Source: Terriglobia bacterium (GTDB lineage Bacteria > Acidobacteriota > Terriglobia > 2-12-FULL-54-10). Taken from it: a stretch of 64,000 bases of DNA. Below are positions 38,789 to 49,024 of this stretch, in pieces. The position numbers were made by a program, and so were the translations under genes. Within the stretch, counting starts at the first letter, position 1. Each line of letters starts with the position of its first letter. The notes beneath the pieces were generated by a model, which ran no database searches, had not been told where the DNA came from, and was given only the letters and a program-made list of their open reading frames with translations. The stretch is taken from NCBI GenBank assembly GCA_963666975.2, contig CAXVYR010000003.1:288001-352000 (forward strand). Reading direction: 5' to 3'.

Positions 38789-41700
38789 ATCACGACTGTA
38801 GCGGGTACGACATGGATCTTCCGGGGCGACGGCGGTCCGGCGATCGATGCGCCGCTGGGACGGGTTGGGGGAGTCGCGGTGGACCCGTCCGGTAATCTGT
38901 TCGTGGCGGATTCTGGCAACCACCTGGTGGTGAAGATTTCTCCCACGGGCATTCTCACCGTAGTGGCGGGAAACGGATTCTATGACTTTTCCGGAGATGG
39001 CGGGCCGGCCCGCAGTGCCTCACTGGGTGAGCCGAACGACGTTGCAATGGACGCCGCAGGCAACTTGTACATCGCAGACTCCGGCAACAGTCGCATCCGC
39101 AAGGTCAGCCCCGACGGGATTATCACCACCGTGGCGGGCAACGGGGAATACGATTTTTCCGGGGATGGCGGCCCGGCCACCAGTGCCTCCCTGAATTTTC
39201 CCCGGGCTGTAGCGGTGGACGCGGCCGGCAATCTCTACATCGCTGACACTGAGAACCACCGCATCCGCAAGGTCAGCCCCGACGGCATTCTCACCACCGT
39301 GGCCGGGGATGGGTTTACGGACAGTTTCGGGAACGGGCGGTATGCGGGCGACGGGGGCCTGGCCATCAACGCCTCGCTCAATCTTCCAGAGGACGTGGCG
39401 GTCGATGCGGCCGGCAACCTCTACATCGCCGACACGGAGAACCACCGAATCCGCATGGTCAGCACCGAGGGGATTACCTCAACGGTAGCGGGCAATGGAG
39501 ATTTAGATTTTGCCGGTGACGGCGGCCCAGCCAGCAGCGCCTCTTTGTACAATCCCGCCGGCGTGGCGGTGGATTCGGCGGGCAACCTGTATATCGCCGA
39601 CACCTTCCACAACCGCATCCGCAAGGTCAGCTTTCTAGGGGATATCACCACCCTGGCCGGTAATGGGATGGGAGCTTCTCCTTTTCCGGGGATGGGGGGC
39701 CGGCTGCCAGCGCCTCGCTGGGAGACCCGGAGGGTGTGGCGGTGGATGCGTCCGGCAACCTCTATATTGCGGACACGCGGAACCTTCGCATCCGCAAGGT
39801 AAGTTCTTCCGACGGGACCATTAGCACCGTGGCTGGCAGCGGTCAGTTCAAATTCGCGGGCGACGATGGTCCAGCCACCAGCGCCTCCTTGAACAACCCC
39901 AGCAGTGTGGCGGTGGATTCGTCCGGGTACCTGTATATCGCAGACGAGTTTAACAACCGCATCCGCAAGGTCAGCCCCGGCGGGATCATCACCACGGTAG
40001 CTGGCGAGGGGATGTTCGGCTTCTCCGGCGATGGCGGGTCGGCTACCAGTGCCAGGCTGGATAGCCCGAAGGGTGTGGCTCTGGATGCAGCCGGGAACCT
40101 TTATATCGCCGACACGGACAACGCCCGCATCCGCAAGGTCAGTCCCGACGGAATCATCAACACCGTGGCTGGCGGGGGAGAGATTTTTCCCGGCAATGGC
40201 GATGGCGGGCCGGCCACCAGCGCCAGTCTGGATTCTGCCGTCGGTGTAGCCGTGGATACGGCCGGCAATCTCTACATTGCCGAACGTGGCAGCGCCCGGA
40301 TTCGCAAAGTTAGTTTTGTAGGGATCATCACCACAGTAGCTGGCAACGGGACGTTCGGCTTTTCCGGGGACGGCGGTCCGGCCACCAGTGCCCAACTGGA
40401 TTTTCCCGTTGATGTAGCGGTAGACGCGGCTGGAAACCTGTACATTGCTGACACCGATAACCATCGCATTCGCAAGGTCGATTCGGGCGGGATCATCACC
40501 ACCGTGGCTGGCAACGGAGTTGACTCCTTTTCCGGAGATAGCGGACCCGCTACCGACGCCTCTATAGATTTGCCCTCCGGGGTGGCCGTGGATGCAGCGG
40601 GCAACCTGTTTATCAATGACACTTATAACTTCCGGATCCGCAAGGTCGATTCCAGTGGGATGATCACCACCGTGGCCGGAGGCGGAGAGGATTTTGGGGA
40701 TGGGGGGCCAGCTACCAGCGCCGTGCTCGATTTTCCCTTTGATGTTACGGTTGATGGCTCAAACAACCTATACATCGCCGACGCCGGCGGCGACCGGATT
40801 CGCAAGGTTTTGGCCATCGCTCCTCCTTTCTCGGTTGCTCCCGCAATTCTGAGTTTCACGGCACCAGCCGGTACGCAGATACTCTCTCCTCAACAGATTA
40901 CCGTTTCCAGCAGCGCCTTCGGTCTGCTGTGGAGCGCGCAGGAATCGACGGTAACCGGCGGCGGTTGGCTAGCCCTTTCTCCTGCCTCCGGCTCGGCGCC
41001 GGGCATTATAGACGTTTTCGTGAACGCGGCCAGCTTGACTCCGGGGACCTACGCCGGCGCGGTGACGGTGGAAGCGCCGGGAGCTTCTCCCTCGACTCAA
41101 GCCGTGGCGGTGGAGCTAACGGTGACGGCGGCGGCGGCGGCACAACTGGCTGTGGAGCCTGCGGCGATGACGTTTGAGGCCGCTTCCGGGTTCGGCAACC
41201 CGGCTGTGCAGGAGTTGCGCATCGGCAACGCCGGCGGCGGGACGCTCAACTGGACGGCGCAGGCCTCGACGGTCGCGGGCGGCAACTGGCTGAATGTGTC
41301 GGCAACGTCCGGGACAGCCTCGGCTGGCTCGCCGGCTATGGTAGCGATCAGCGCCAATGTAGCCGGGCTGGCAGCGCCTGCGGTGTATTCCGGCTCGATC
41401 GTGGTGGACGGAGGAAGCAGCGGGACGAAGACGGTGGCGGTGACATTGCTGCTGACCCAGGCGACACAGACGATCCAGCTCAGCCAGAGCGGGCTGCTGT
41501 TCACGGGAGTGGAAGGCGGAGGAGTGTCGCCGGTGCAAACCTTCGGGATTGCGAACGCGGAACAGGGCACGATGAACTGGACGGCGCAAGCGACGACAAT
41601 CTCGGGAGGCAACTGGCTGACGGTTTCCCCGATGAGCGGCAGCAGCGTGGCAGGGACGGCGGAGGTGCCGCGCGTGGAGGTCAGAGCGAACGCCAGCGGG

Positions 41701-43251
41701 CTGAGCGCGGGGCAGTACGGCGGGCTGATTCAGATCGACGCGCCGGGAGCGAACAACGCGCCGCGGTTTGTGAGCGTGACGCTGAACGTGCTGGCGGCGG
41801 GGAGCAATCCGGGGATTCAGGCGAGGCCGAGGGGATTGATCTTCGTGCGGCAGGCGGGGACTTCCTCGCCGGGCTCGCAAACGGTGCAGGTGGCGACGGC
41901 GGCTGCGGGCAGCCTGGAAGTGGTGGCAAACCCGTCCACATTCCAGGGCGGGAACTGGCTGGAGGCGGTGCCGCGGAACGTGACGTTCGCTGCGGGGCAG
42001 CCGAGGACGATCACGGTGCAACCGAAGCTGGGGACGCTGGCTGCGGGGGAATACTTCGGGGCGTTGACGCTGCTGTTCAGCGACAGGACGTCGCAGACGG
42101 TGAACGTGTTGTTTGTGGTGACGCCGGCAACGACGACACTGTCGGAAGTCGAACCGTTGCGCTCGCTTGACGGCGCGGCGCAGCAGCATTGCGTGGCGCA
42201 GCGGCTGTTTACGACGGGGAGAAGTCTGGGAAGCAATTTTGCCTCGCCGGTGGCGTGGCCGAGCCGGATCGAGGCGCAGGTGAAGGATGACTGCGACAAC
42301 CTGGTATCGGATGCGGCGGTGGTGGTCAGTTTTTCCAACGGCGATCCGCCGCTGGGGCTGGTTCCCCTGGGCCGGGGACTGTATGAAGGCACGTGGCGTC
42401 CGGCGCAAAACGGTTCGGTACGAATCACGGTGCGTGCCGAGCGGACGGCGCTGACGGCGGCGGAGGCGGTGCTGGACGGTCAGGTGACGGACAATCCGGC
42501 GGCTCCGGCGCTGTTTGCGGGTGGAATCGTGAATGCGGCGAGTTTTGCTCCGAACGAAGCGCTGGCGCCGGGCAGCATCGTCTCGGTGTTTGGGCGAAAC
42601 TTGGCCGAGGGGCTGAACCTGGCGACCGAGTTGCCGCTGAGCAAAAGGTTGGGCGGGGCGACGCTGGTGGTGGGCGGGATCGAGCAACCGCTGTTTTTCT
42701 CGAGCGAAGGACAGATCAACGCGCAACTGCCGTTTGATCTGACGCCGAACAGCCGGCCGCAGGTGGTGGTGCGGACGCAGCGGGGAGGCGGAGCGGAAGT
42801 GATCGGGGTGCCGGAGCCGATCACGATCGCGGTGGCGCGGCCGGGCATCTTTGCGCTGAATGCGGCGGGCACGGGGCAGGGGGCCGTTCTGCTGGCGAAT
42901 TCGGACGTGATCGCGGCTCCGGTTGGAAGCATACCGGGGCGGGCGGCGCGGCCGGCCAACCGCGGGGAGTTTCTTTCGATCTTCTGCACCGGACTGGGAG
43001 CGGTAACGAACCCGCCGGCGAGCGGAGCCGCGGCGGCAGGCGATCCGCTGTCGGAGACCATGGCGGCACCGAGCGTAACGATTGACGGCGTTCCGGCGAC
43101 GGTGATATTCTCCGGGCTGGCGCCGGGCTTTGTGGGGCTGTATCAGGTGAACGTGCAGATTCCGTCAGGAGTGGAACCGGGACCGGAAGTGCCGCTGGTC
43201 TTGTTCCAGAACGGCGTGCCCTCCAATACCGTCACTGTCGCCGTGCAGTAG
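38789..43251 (+). pseudogene. NHL-repeat beta-propeller + BACON-like + Solibacter-type C-terminal domain (TIGR03437-like) surface protein; 5'-truncated, frameshift near 39670
   Basis: Repeats SGDGGPATSASL..P..VAVDAAGNLYIAD..N.RIRKV continue across two frames. C-terminus VNAASF..LAPGSIVSVFG...GLAPGFVGLYQVN..SNTVTVAVQ. Confidence 0.88.
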
Positions 43252-43329
43252 TTACTTCGAGAAGTTAAACGGCCAACCGGACAAGTGCCCTTGTTTCGCG
43301 CAAATCGCAGCGACAAGGACGTCACCTCT

Positions 43330-44448
43330 CGATGACAGGCAGCGGTGGAGGCTGGGAGGAACTCGGCCGATTGATCGTAAAGGTCTCCTCCAACCCTTCG
43401 CGCAAGCTGGCGGCTGCTGCCGGATGATCGCACTCGATCATCCCAGCGAGCTTTTTTATGCGCACGATGCCTTCCTCGGTTGGGGCAATCGCCAGGCGGC
43501 CGGATCAGCGACCGCACCTGTCGCCGCATTTTGTCGCCCTTTGGTAACCGAGCCACGTTGCGCAGCTTATGAGTACGGCAACGCTGCACCACTGATTGCT
43601 GCCTACTTCCTCGATCCGCGGGGCGCTTTGGCGCCGTCGATCAAACAGATAGCGCTGATCCGTGCGCAGACCTTGCGGCGCAGGCGGGTGAGAAGGTCTT
43701 TCCGCAGCGGCGTTTTCGGTCGCGCCCAGTTGAATCCCCAGCAATGCTTGCGGCCCTGCTGTCCACGCCCACGGCGCTGATGACGTGGTGGGAGCCGAAC
43801 CGCATTTCCTTCGCCAGAATCTCGACCTCCTCCCAGCGCCGCGCCAACAGTTCTTCCAGCCGCCGCGCTCCTTGCTCGGCCGCTTCCCGGCTCACCTGAG
43901 ACTTCGACACCCCAACTGTTGGCCATCTCCGGGATCACCTCGCGGTAGTTCCGCGTCGAAACCCCCAACAGTGCCTCGAACATCTCCTCGCCCGTCTTCT
44001 CGCTTTTCCGCGCTTTAGGCCGGCACCGCTTCTTCCCCTCCGCCCTTCCGGCGCACCGGGGCCGAGCAGCTGGCGATCGGCCAGTTTCATCAATTGCCGG
44101 CCATGCCAGCGCACCTCTCCGCTCGCCTTCCCGGGACTCTTTGGCCCCGCGATTTGCTCTGCGCTCATGCTCAGAATCGTTTCAATCAAACCTCGCCCGG
44201 CCCGATCAATCACCTCATCCACCGCCAGACGCGCCTCCGTGATCAGATCCACCACCGGCAACAGCATCTGTCCGTTGGTTTGGCAAAACTTCTGGATGGT
44301 TTCTTCGGCTCCCTTGGAACCCAGTTCCAAAACGTGATATTTTCCCTTCATTCGGCGGTTCTCCTTCTATAGGATTTAGGCTTGGCCCGATTCTATTCGA
44401 TTCGGGCCGAACCGCCGTTCAACCTTCAACTATGTATGGGACACCCTC
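43330..44448 (-). mobile_element. IS256-family remnant with many frameshifts
   Basis: Fragments GVSTRNYREVIPEMA, IDGAKA and VQRCRTHKLRNV lie in different frames. Start at 44351. Confidence 0.8.
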
Positions 44449-44754
44449 AAGTTAAACGGCCAACCACAAGTGCCCTTGTTTCGCGCAAATCGCAGGACAA
44501 GGACTCACCTCGGCCGCCACTTGGCGACTACACAGGACCTATCCGGGGAAAAGCGGCCAAACTCCATTCAAACCAAGTGCTTGCAGCAGCCTTTCCTTCG
44601 CCGAAACCCAATTGATCGTCCCGTTATTCGGCCAATCGTCTCGGCAATTCTTTGCAAGGCGCTCCCGATCAACGCTAACTACTAGTCAGGGGGTTATTTC
44701 CCACAACGCCGTTTTCCAGTTTCCGAGTCGCCGACCATAATATCCCGGAATGGG

Positions 44755-45240
44755 TCTGTTGCCGACGCACTCGGGCACTATCCCGGATTTCCTTTTTGGA
44801 CGTTCCCCCCTCCCTGCTTCCTTTATGGAAGTTTCGTCGGCAACCTTCTGTCCAACGTTAATATTGATGGGAGTTCGAGCGTCAACCTTCCAGAGGTGTA
44901 AACCCATTGGTGAGAGCCAAAAACAGGGATTTCAGTTTAGGTCTGACCTTACGTGATATGGGACAGGAGGAGAATGGAATAAGTTATTTACCTTCAGTGG
45001 GCAGGCGGGGAAACTGACTTTCACTTCCAGCTTCGTGGACGTTCCCCCCTCCCTGCTTCCTTTACTGGAAGTAGTGTGCGAAGAAGGCTCTGGCTCCGGC
45101 GATAACGTGGGCATTCCCTTTGGCCTCTTTGCATTCAGTGTACCCCTTATCGGGTTGTGCTCACGGTGACAGTCGGTGGGATTACAGTCGCTTCGGCCAC
45201 GGCTTCCTTCACCGCACAGTGAACTGCCTTTCAGTTCGGG
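44755..45240 (+). ncRNA. Candidate structured non-coding RNA with twin C-rich loops
   Basis: No credible ORF. An identical 29-mer occurs twice, each closed by a different stem. G-U pairs and a GAGA tetraloop favour the + strand. Confidence 0.45.
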
Positions 45241-45448
45241 ACTCGTTATTGGGTGGCAAACCCCCTACATAAGGTGTTGGGTGTATAATTTACGCGACCA
45301 GGTTGAAATGGAAATTCTCGATGTCAAGACCCTGATGACTGCGATCGTAGGCAAGGTAGTTTTCAAAGACCCCATTTTTAGCTGGCCGAATGGGTTAGCA
45401 AGCTCCTGAGAGATTAGCACTACGTGAGGCTGCGACAGAAGGAGGGTT

Positions 45449-45832
45449 TTGGTGGCGGAACTATCTGCGAAAATTAATCAGCTTGTTTCAAAAATGCTAC
45501 AGAAGCGGTTCTTTGTCGTGCACCTTGTCCCACTGAAAACAATGGACAACATGCTGCCGATCTTACCGGAGCATCTTGAGTACATGATAGGCCTCGAGAA
45601 CCGGGGTGTCCTATTTGCCTCGGGCCCTTTCCTCGAGGCCGAAGGCAAATTGTCTGGTGAAGGGATGATGATTCTTCGAGCGTCTTCGTCGGAACAGGCA
45701 ATGGCTATCGCAGCAGAGGACCCCTTTCATAAAGCCGGGCTAAGGAACTTCGAGGTAAAGGAATGGCAGGTCAATGAGGGGCGGCTTAACGTGACCGTAA
45801 ATTTTTCTAACGGCAGCTATTCGATTGAGTGA
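45449..45832 (+). CDS. YciI-like protein
   Basis: EHLEYM, LFASGPF, AAEDPF. AAGGAGG RBS. Confidence 0.85.
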   Translation: MVAELSAKINQLVSKMLQKRFFVVHLVPLKTMDNMLPILPEHLEYMIGLENRGVLFASGPFLEAEGKLSGEGMMILRASSSEQAMAIAAEDPFHKAGLRNFEVKEWQVNEGRLNVTVNFSNGSYSIE

Positions 45833-45898
45833 AATCTAGCAATCCTTGGCGCCAATGCTGACTGGGATATGCCTAACGAACACCGGAAGGGAAATGAG

Positions 45899-46789
45899 GT
45901 GCCCACAAGAGTCGGAGTCATCGGACTCGGGCAGATGGGCCTGCCCGTCGCAGTAAACCTCCTCAAGGCAGGTTTCCAAGTCAGGGGATACCGCAGGTCA
46001 GCGATGTCCGACTTTGTGGCGGCCGGGGGCATAGCTGCCAGTGCGTGTCGCGAGGTTGCCGAAAACTCAGACATTGTCATAACCTGCCTGCCGACTAACC
46101 AGTCCCTCGTTCAAGCGGTGTCTGGGCCTCAGGGTCTGACGACCGGCGCGCACGAAGGCTTGGACGTCATAGAACTCAGCACCATTCCGCTGCAGGTTAA
46201 GCTGGCGCAGAAGACCTCCCTGGAAACGGTCGGAGCAACCATGCTCGATTGTCCCATCAGCGGTGTCCCCGCGATGGCCGAAGCAAGAACTGCCGTTCTT
46301 TTCATCAGCGGTGAAACAGATGTTGTCGAACGGTGCAAGCCGGTTTTCGAGGCCTTCGCTCCGAAAAATTTTTATCTAGGTGAGTTCGGTCGCGGGCTGA
46401 AGATGAAGCTTGTCGCGAATTTCCTGGTCGCCGTGCACAACATGGCAGCGGCCGAGGCCATGGTACTGGGCACGAGGTCCGGATTCGATCCGCATCTCAT
46501 GGCTCAAGTCATCAAAGCGAGCGCCGCCACCTCTAAGCAGTTCGACATCCGCGCCCCGCTGATGGCGAAGAGAGCCTTCACAGAGCCAACCGCGCCCACA
46601 ACATTATTGTGGGATTCTATCGAGATCATCTCGACCCACGCAGCCGATCTCGGTTTGTCAGCACCGTTGCTTACTGCCGCCAAACAATATTACCGTAAAA
46701 TGCTCGATCTCGGTCGCGGCTCGCAGGACATCGCAGCGATGTTTGAGGTGCTGGATGAGGAAGCTGAACCCGCTCCGAATGGTGTTTGA
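45899..46789 (+). CDS. NAD(P)-dependent oxidoreductase, 3-hydroxyisobutyrate/6-phosphogluconate dehydrogenase family
   Basis: GVIGLGQMG, DCPISG, MKLVAN. Confidence 0.9.
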   Translation: MPTRVGVIGLGQMGLPVAVNLLKAGFQVRGYRRSAMSDFVAAGGIAASACREVAENSDIVITCLPTNQSLVQAVSGPQGLTTGAHEGLDVIELSTIPLQVKLAQKTSLETVGATMLDCPISGVPAMAEARTAVLFISGETDVVERCKPVFEAFAPKNFYLGEFGRGLKMKLVANFLVAVHNMAAAEAMVLGTRSGFDPHLMAQVIKASAATSKQFDIRAPLMAKRAFTEPTAPTTLLWDSIEIISTHAADLGLSAPLLTAAKQYYRKMLDLGRGSQDIAAMFEVLDEEAEPAPNGV

Positions 46790-46948
46790 TAGGAGGGTCT
46801 GTGGGGTGCCGAAGGGCGCCTGAATCATGATGGATCGGCTGGCGGACCGTTCTGGTCTAAATTAAGCTCACGTTTTCCAGTGTTATCTTGAACCGGGTTC
46901 CCCAGAATGAGCGAGTTATATCTACGAGGAGATTTCCAGGAGGTATTC

Positions 46949-49024
46949 ATGGGAGTCATTTGTTGTATTGATGTGGGCGGCACGTTTACCGACTGTCTGG
47001 TGCTGGACGAAAGTGGGGAACTGAAGGAATACAAGGTTCTCTCTACTCCGCAGGATCCCAGTTTGGCTGTGATGAATTCCCTAGAGAAGGCAGCGGCATC
47101 GAGAGGAGAGCGTTTTCAGGTTTTCACAAAGGGAATAGACCGGATTATTCACGGAACGACCCTGGCAACTAACGCTTTGCTCACAGGCAAGGGGGCGAAG
47201 GTGGGGCTCATTACCACGAAGGGATTTCGTGACGTATTGGAGATCCGGCGCGGGTATAAGAATATTCGCACGACAATGTTCAATGTTTTTATTCCTCCCT
47301 ACCAACCATTGGTTCCCCGCCACCGGCGATTGGGAGTGGAAGAACGGATAATGTATTCTGGAAAAGTTTTGGTTCCGTTGAATGAGAAGGAGACAGAAGA
47401 GGCCGCGCAAAAACTGAAAGAGCAGAACGTCGAGGCGGTGGCCGTGTGTTTCTTGCACAGCTATGGGAACTCTGAGAACGAGGTAAAGGCCCTGGAGACT
47501 TGTAAGAAGGTCTTCAATGGCGTCTATTTGACAGCTTCCCATGAGGTGCTCCCCGTTGGAGGAGAATACGAACGGTTCAGCACAACGGTGGTCGGAGCCT
47601 ACGTTGGACCGCTCTTGTCCTCTTACCTTGACAATTTGGAAAGCCGGCTGAACAAGGCGGGGTGCAAGGCTAACTTCTTGTTGGTGCAGGCAGATGGCTT
47701 GGTGCAATCTATAGCCGAATCGAAGAGGAAGGCAGTTTATATGGTGGAATCGGGGCCGGCGGCTGGCCCCAGCGCTGCCATTTATTGTGGCTTACAAACG
47801 GGGTTCAAGGACCTGATTTCGATCGACATGGGAGGCACAAGTTTTGACGTTTGCCTGATTCGGGAGGGTGATATTCCCACAACTCACGAATCCTGGAAGG
47901 GCGACGAGCGCGTGGCGATTAAGATGGTGGATGTGCGTACCGCCGGAGCGGGAGGAGGCAGCATAGCCTGGATCGACAGCCTGGGCCTAATGCGAGTGGG
48001 TCCCCAGAGCGCTGGCGCAGATCCTGGGCCAGCCTGTTATCAACGCGGCGGCACGGAGGCAACTGTTACCGATGCAGACGTACTGTTGGGCTACATTGCT
48101 GCGGACAATTTTCTCAGGGGCGAGATGAAGCTCGATTCCGACCTATCCCAAAAAGCCATCTCCGCGTTGGGGAAGAAGTTGGGCACCGACTCAATGGCCA
48201 CCGCACAGGCGATTTTTCATACCGTAAACTCCTTCATGGCAGACCAGATCACCGAGATCTCCACCAAACGGGGCTATGATGTTCGGGATTTTGCGATCGT
48301 GTCCGGTGGGGGAGCCGGTCCCGTGCATGCAGCCGGTTTGGCGGACATTTTGGAAATACCCGTCGTGTTGGTGCCCGGGTTCCCAGCCTCTTTTAGCGCA
48401 TTTGGAATGTTCACGTCGGAGGTGGGCCGGGAGTACGTGCGCGCGTACATTTCTATGGCCTCCCGGGCCGATCTTTCAGCCATAAATTCTATTTACCGCG
48501 AGCTGGAATCCGAGGCTTTACAAGCCTTCGCCTCGTTCCAGATCAAGCCGGAACAGGTGAAGCTTTCGCGCCTGATGGAACTACGCTATGCGGGCCAGTA
48601 CCACCAAGTCGAGATTGCCAACATCCCGCAGGCTGTCCTTGAGGCCAAAGATCTGGATGGAATCTTGGAGCGCTTTCACCGCCGACATGAGGAACTCTAT
48701 ACCTTTAACATGCCTTTCCGCGCTGTTGAGATTCTGGCCTTGCGCGTGAAGGCCAGCACCCCCAACCCCCCCATCGAAATGAGCAAGATAGAAGAAGGCG
48801 GAGCCGATCCGGGCCCGGCGTTTAAGGGCACTCGTGAATGTTTCTTCTCTGATCAAGGAAGATTCGTCAAAACTTCGGTTTATGAGGGGCCCCGTCTTCG
48901 TGCGGGGAACGAGATTCCCGGCCCCGCCTTGATTGAGGAAGGGACCACGGTTGTGGTGATTCCCAGCACCTTCCGCTGCGTTGTGGATCGGTCTAAGAAT
49001 TATATTTTGAGGAGGAATTCATGA
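46949..49024 (+). CDS. Hydantoinase/oxoprolinase subunit A
   Basis: DVGGTFTD, HGTTLATNA, SGPAAG, DMGGTSFD, GAGGGSIA, SAGADPGPACY. Confidence 0.93.
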   Translation: MGVICCIDVGGTFTDCLVLDESGELKEYKVLSTPQDPSLAVMNSLEKAAASRGERFQVFTKGIDRIIHGTTLATNALLTGKGAKVGLITTKGFRDVLEIRRGYKNIRTTMFNVFIPPYQPLVPRHRRLGVEERIMYSGKVLVPLNEKETEEAAQKLKEQNVEAVAVCFLHSYGNSENEVKALETCKKVFNGVYLTASHEVLPVGGEYERFSTTVVGAYVGPLLSSYLDNLESRLNKAGCKANFLLVQADGLVQSIAESKRKAVYMVESGPAAGPSAAIYCGLQTGFKDLISIDMGGTSFDVCLIREGDIPTTHESWKGDERVAIKMVDVRTAGAGGGSIAWIDSLGLMRVGPQSAGADPGPACYQRGGTEATVTDADVLLGYIAADNFLRGEMKLDSDLSQKAISALGKKLGTDSMATAQAIFHTVNSFMADQITEISTKRGYDVRDFAIVSGGGAGPVHAAGLADILEIPVVLVPGFPASFSAFGMFTSEVGREYVRAYISMASRADLSAINSIYRELESEALQAFASFQIKPEQVKLSRLMELRYAGQYHQVEIANIPQAVLEAKDLDGILERFHRRHEELYTFNMPFRAVEILALRVKASTPNPPIEMSKIEEGGADPGPAFKGTRECFFSDQGRFVKTSVYEGPRLRAGNEIPGPALIEEGTTVVVIPSTFRCVVDRSKNYILRRNS

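Noticed and set aside
41116-42726. 536-aa minus-strand ORF
   Set aside because: GC-rich antisense shadow of the BACON/C-terminal domain gene.
44797-45064. Two 29-bp repeats as a mini-CRISPR
   Set aside because: Only two copies, 210 bp apart, each enclosed in its own stem.
45250-45270. c-di-GMP riboswitch (GGCAAACC word)
   Set aside because: The rest of the P2/P3 consensus is absent.
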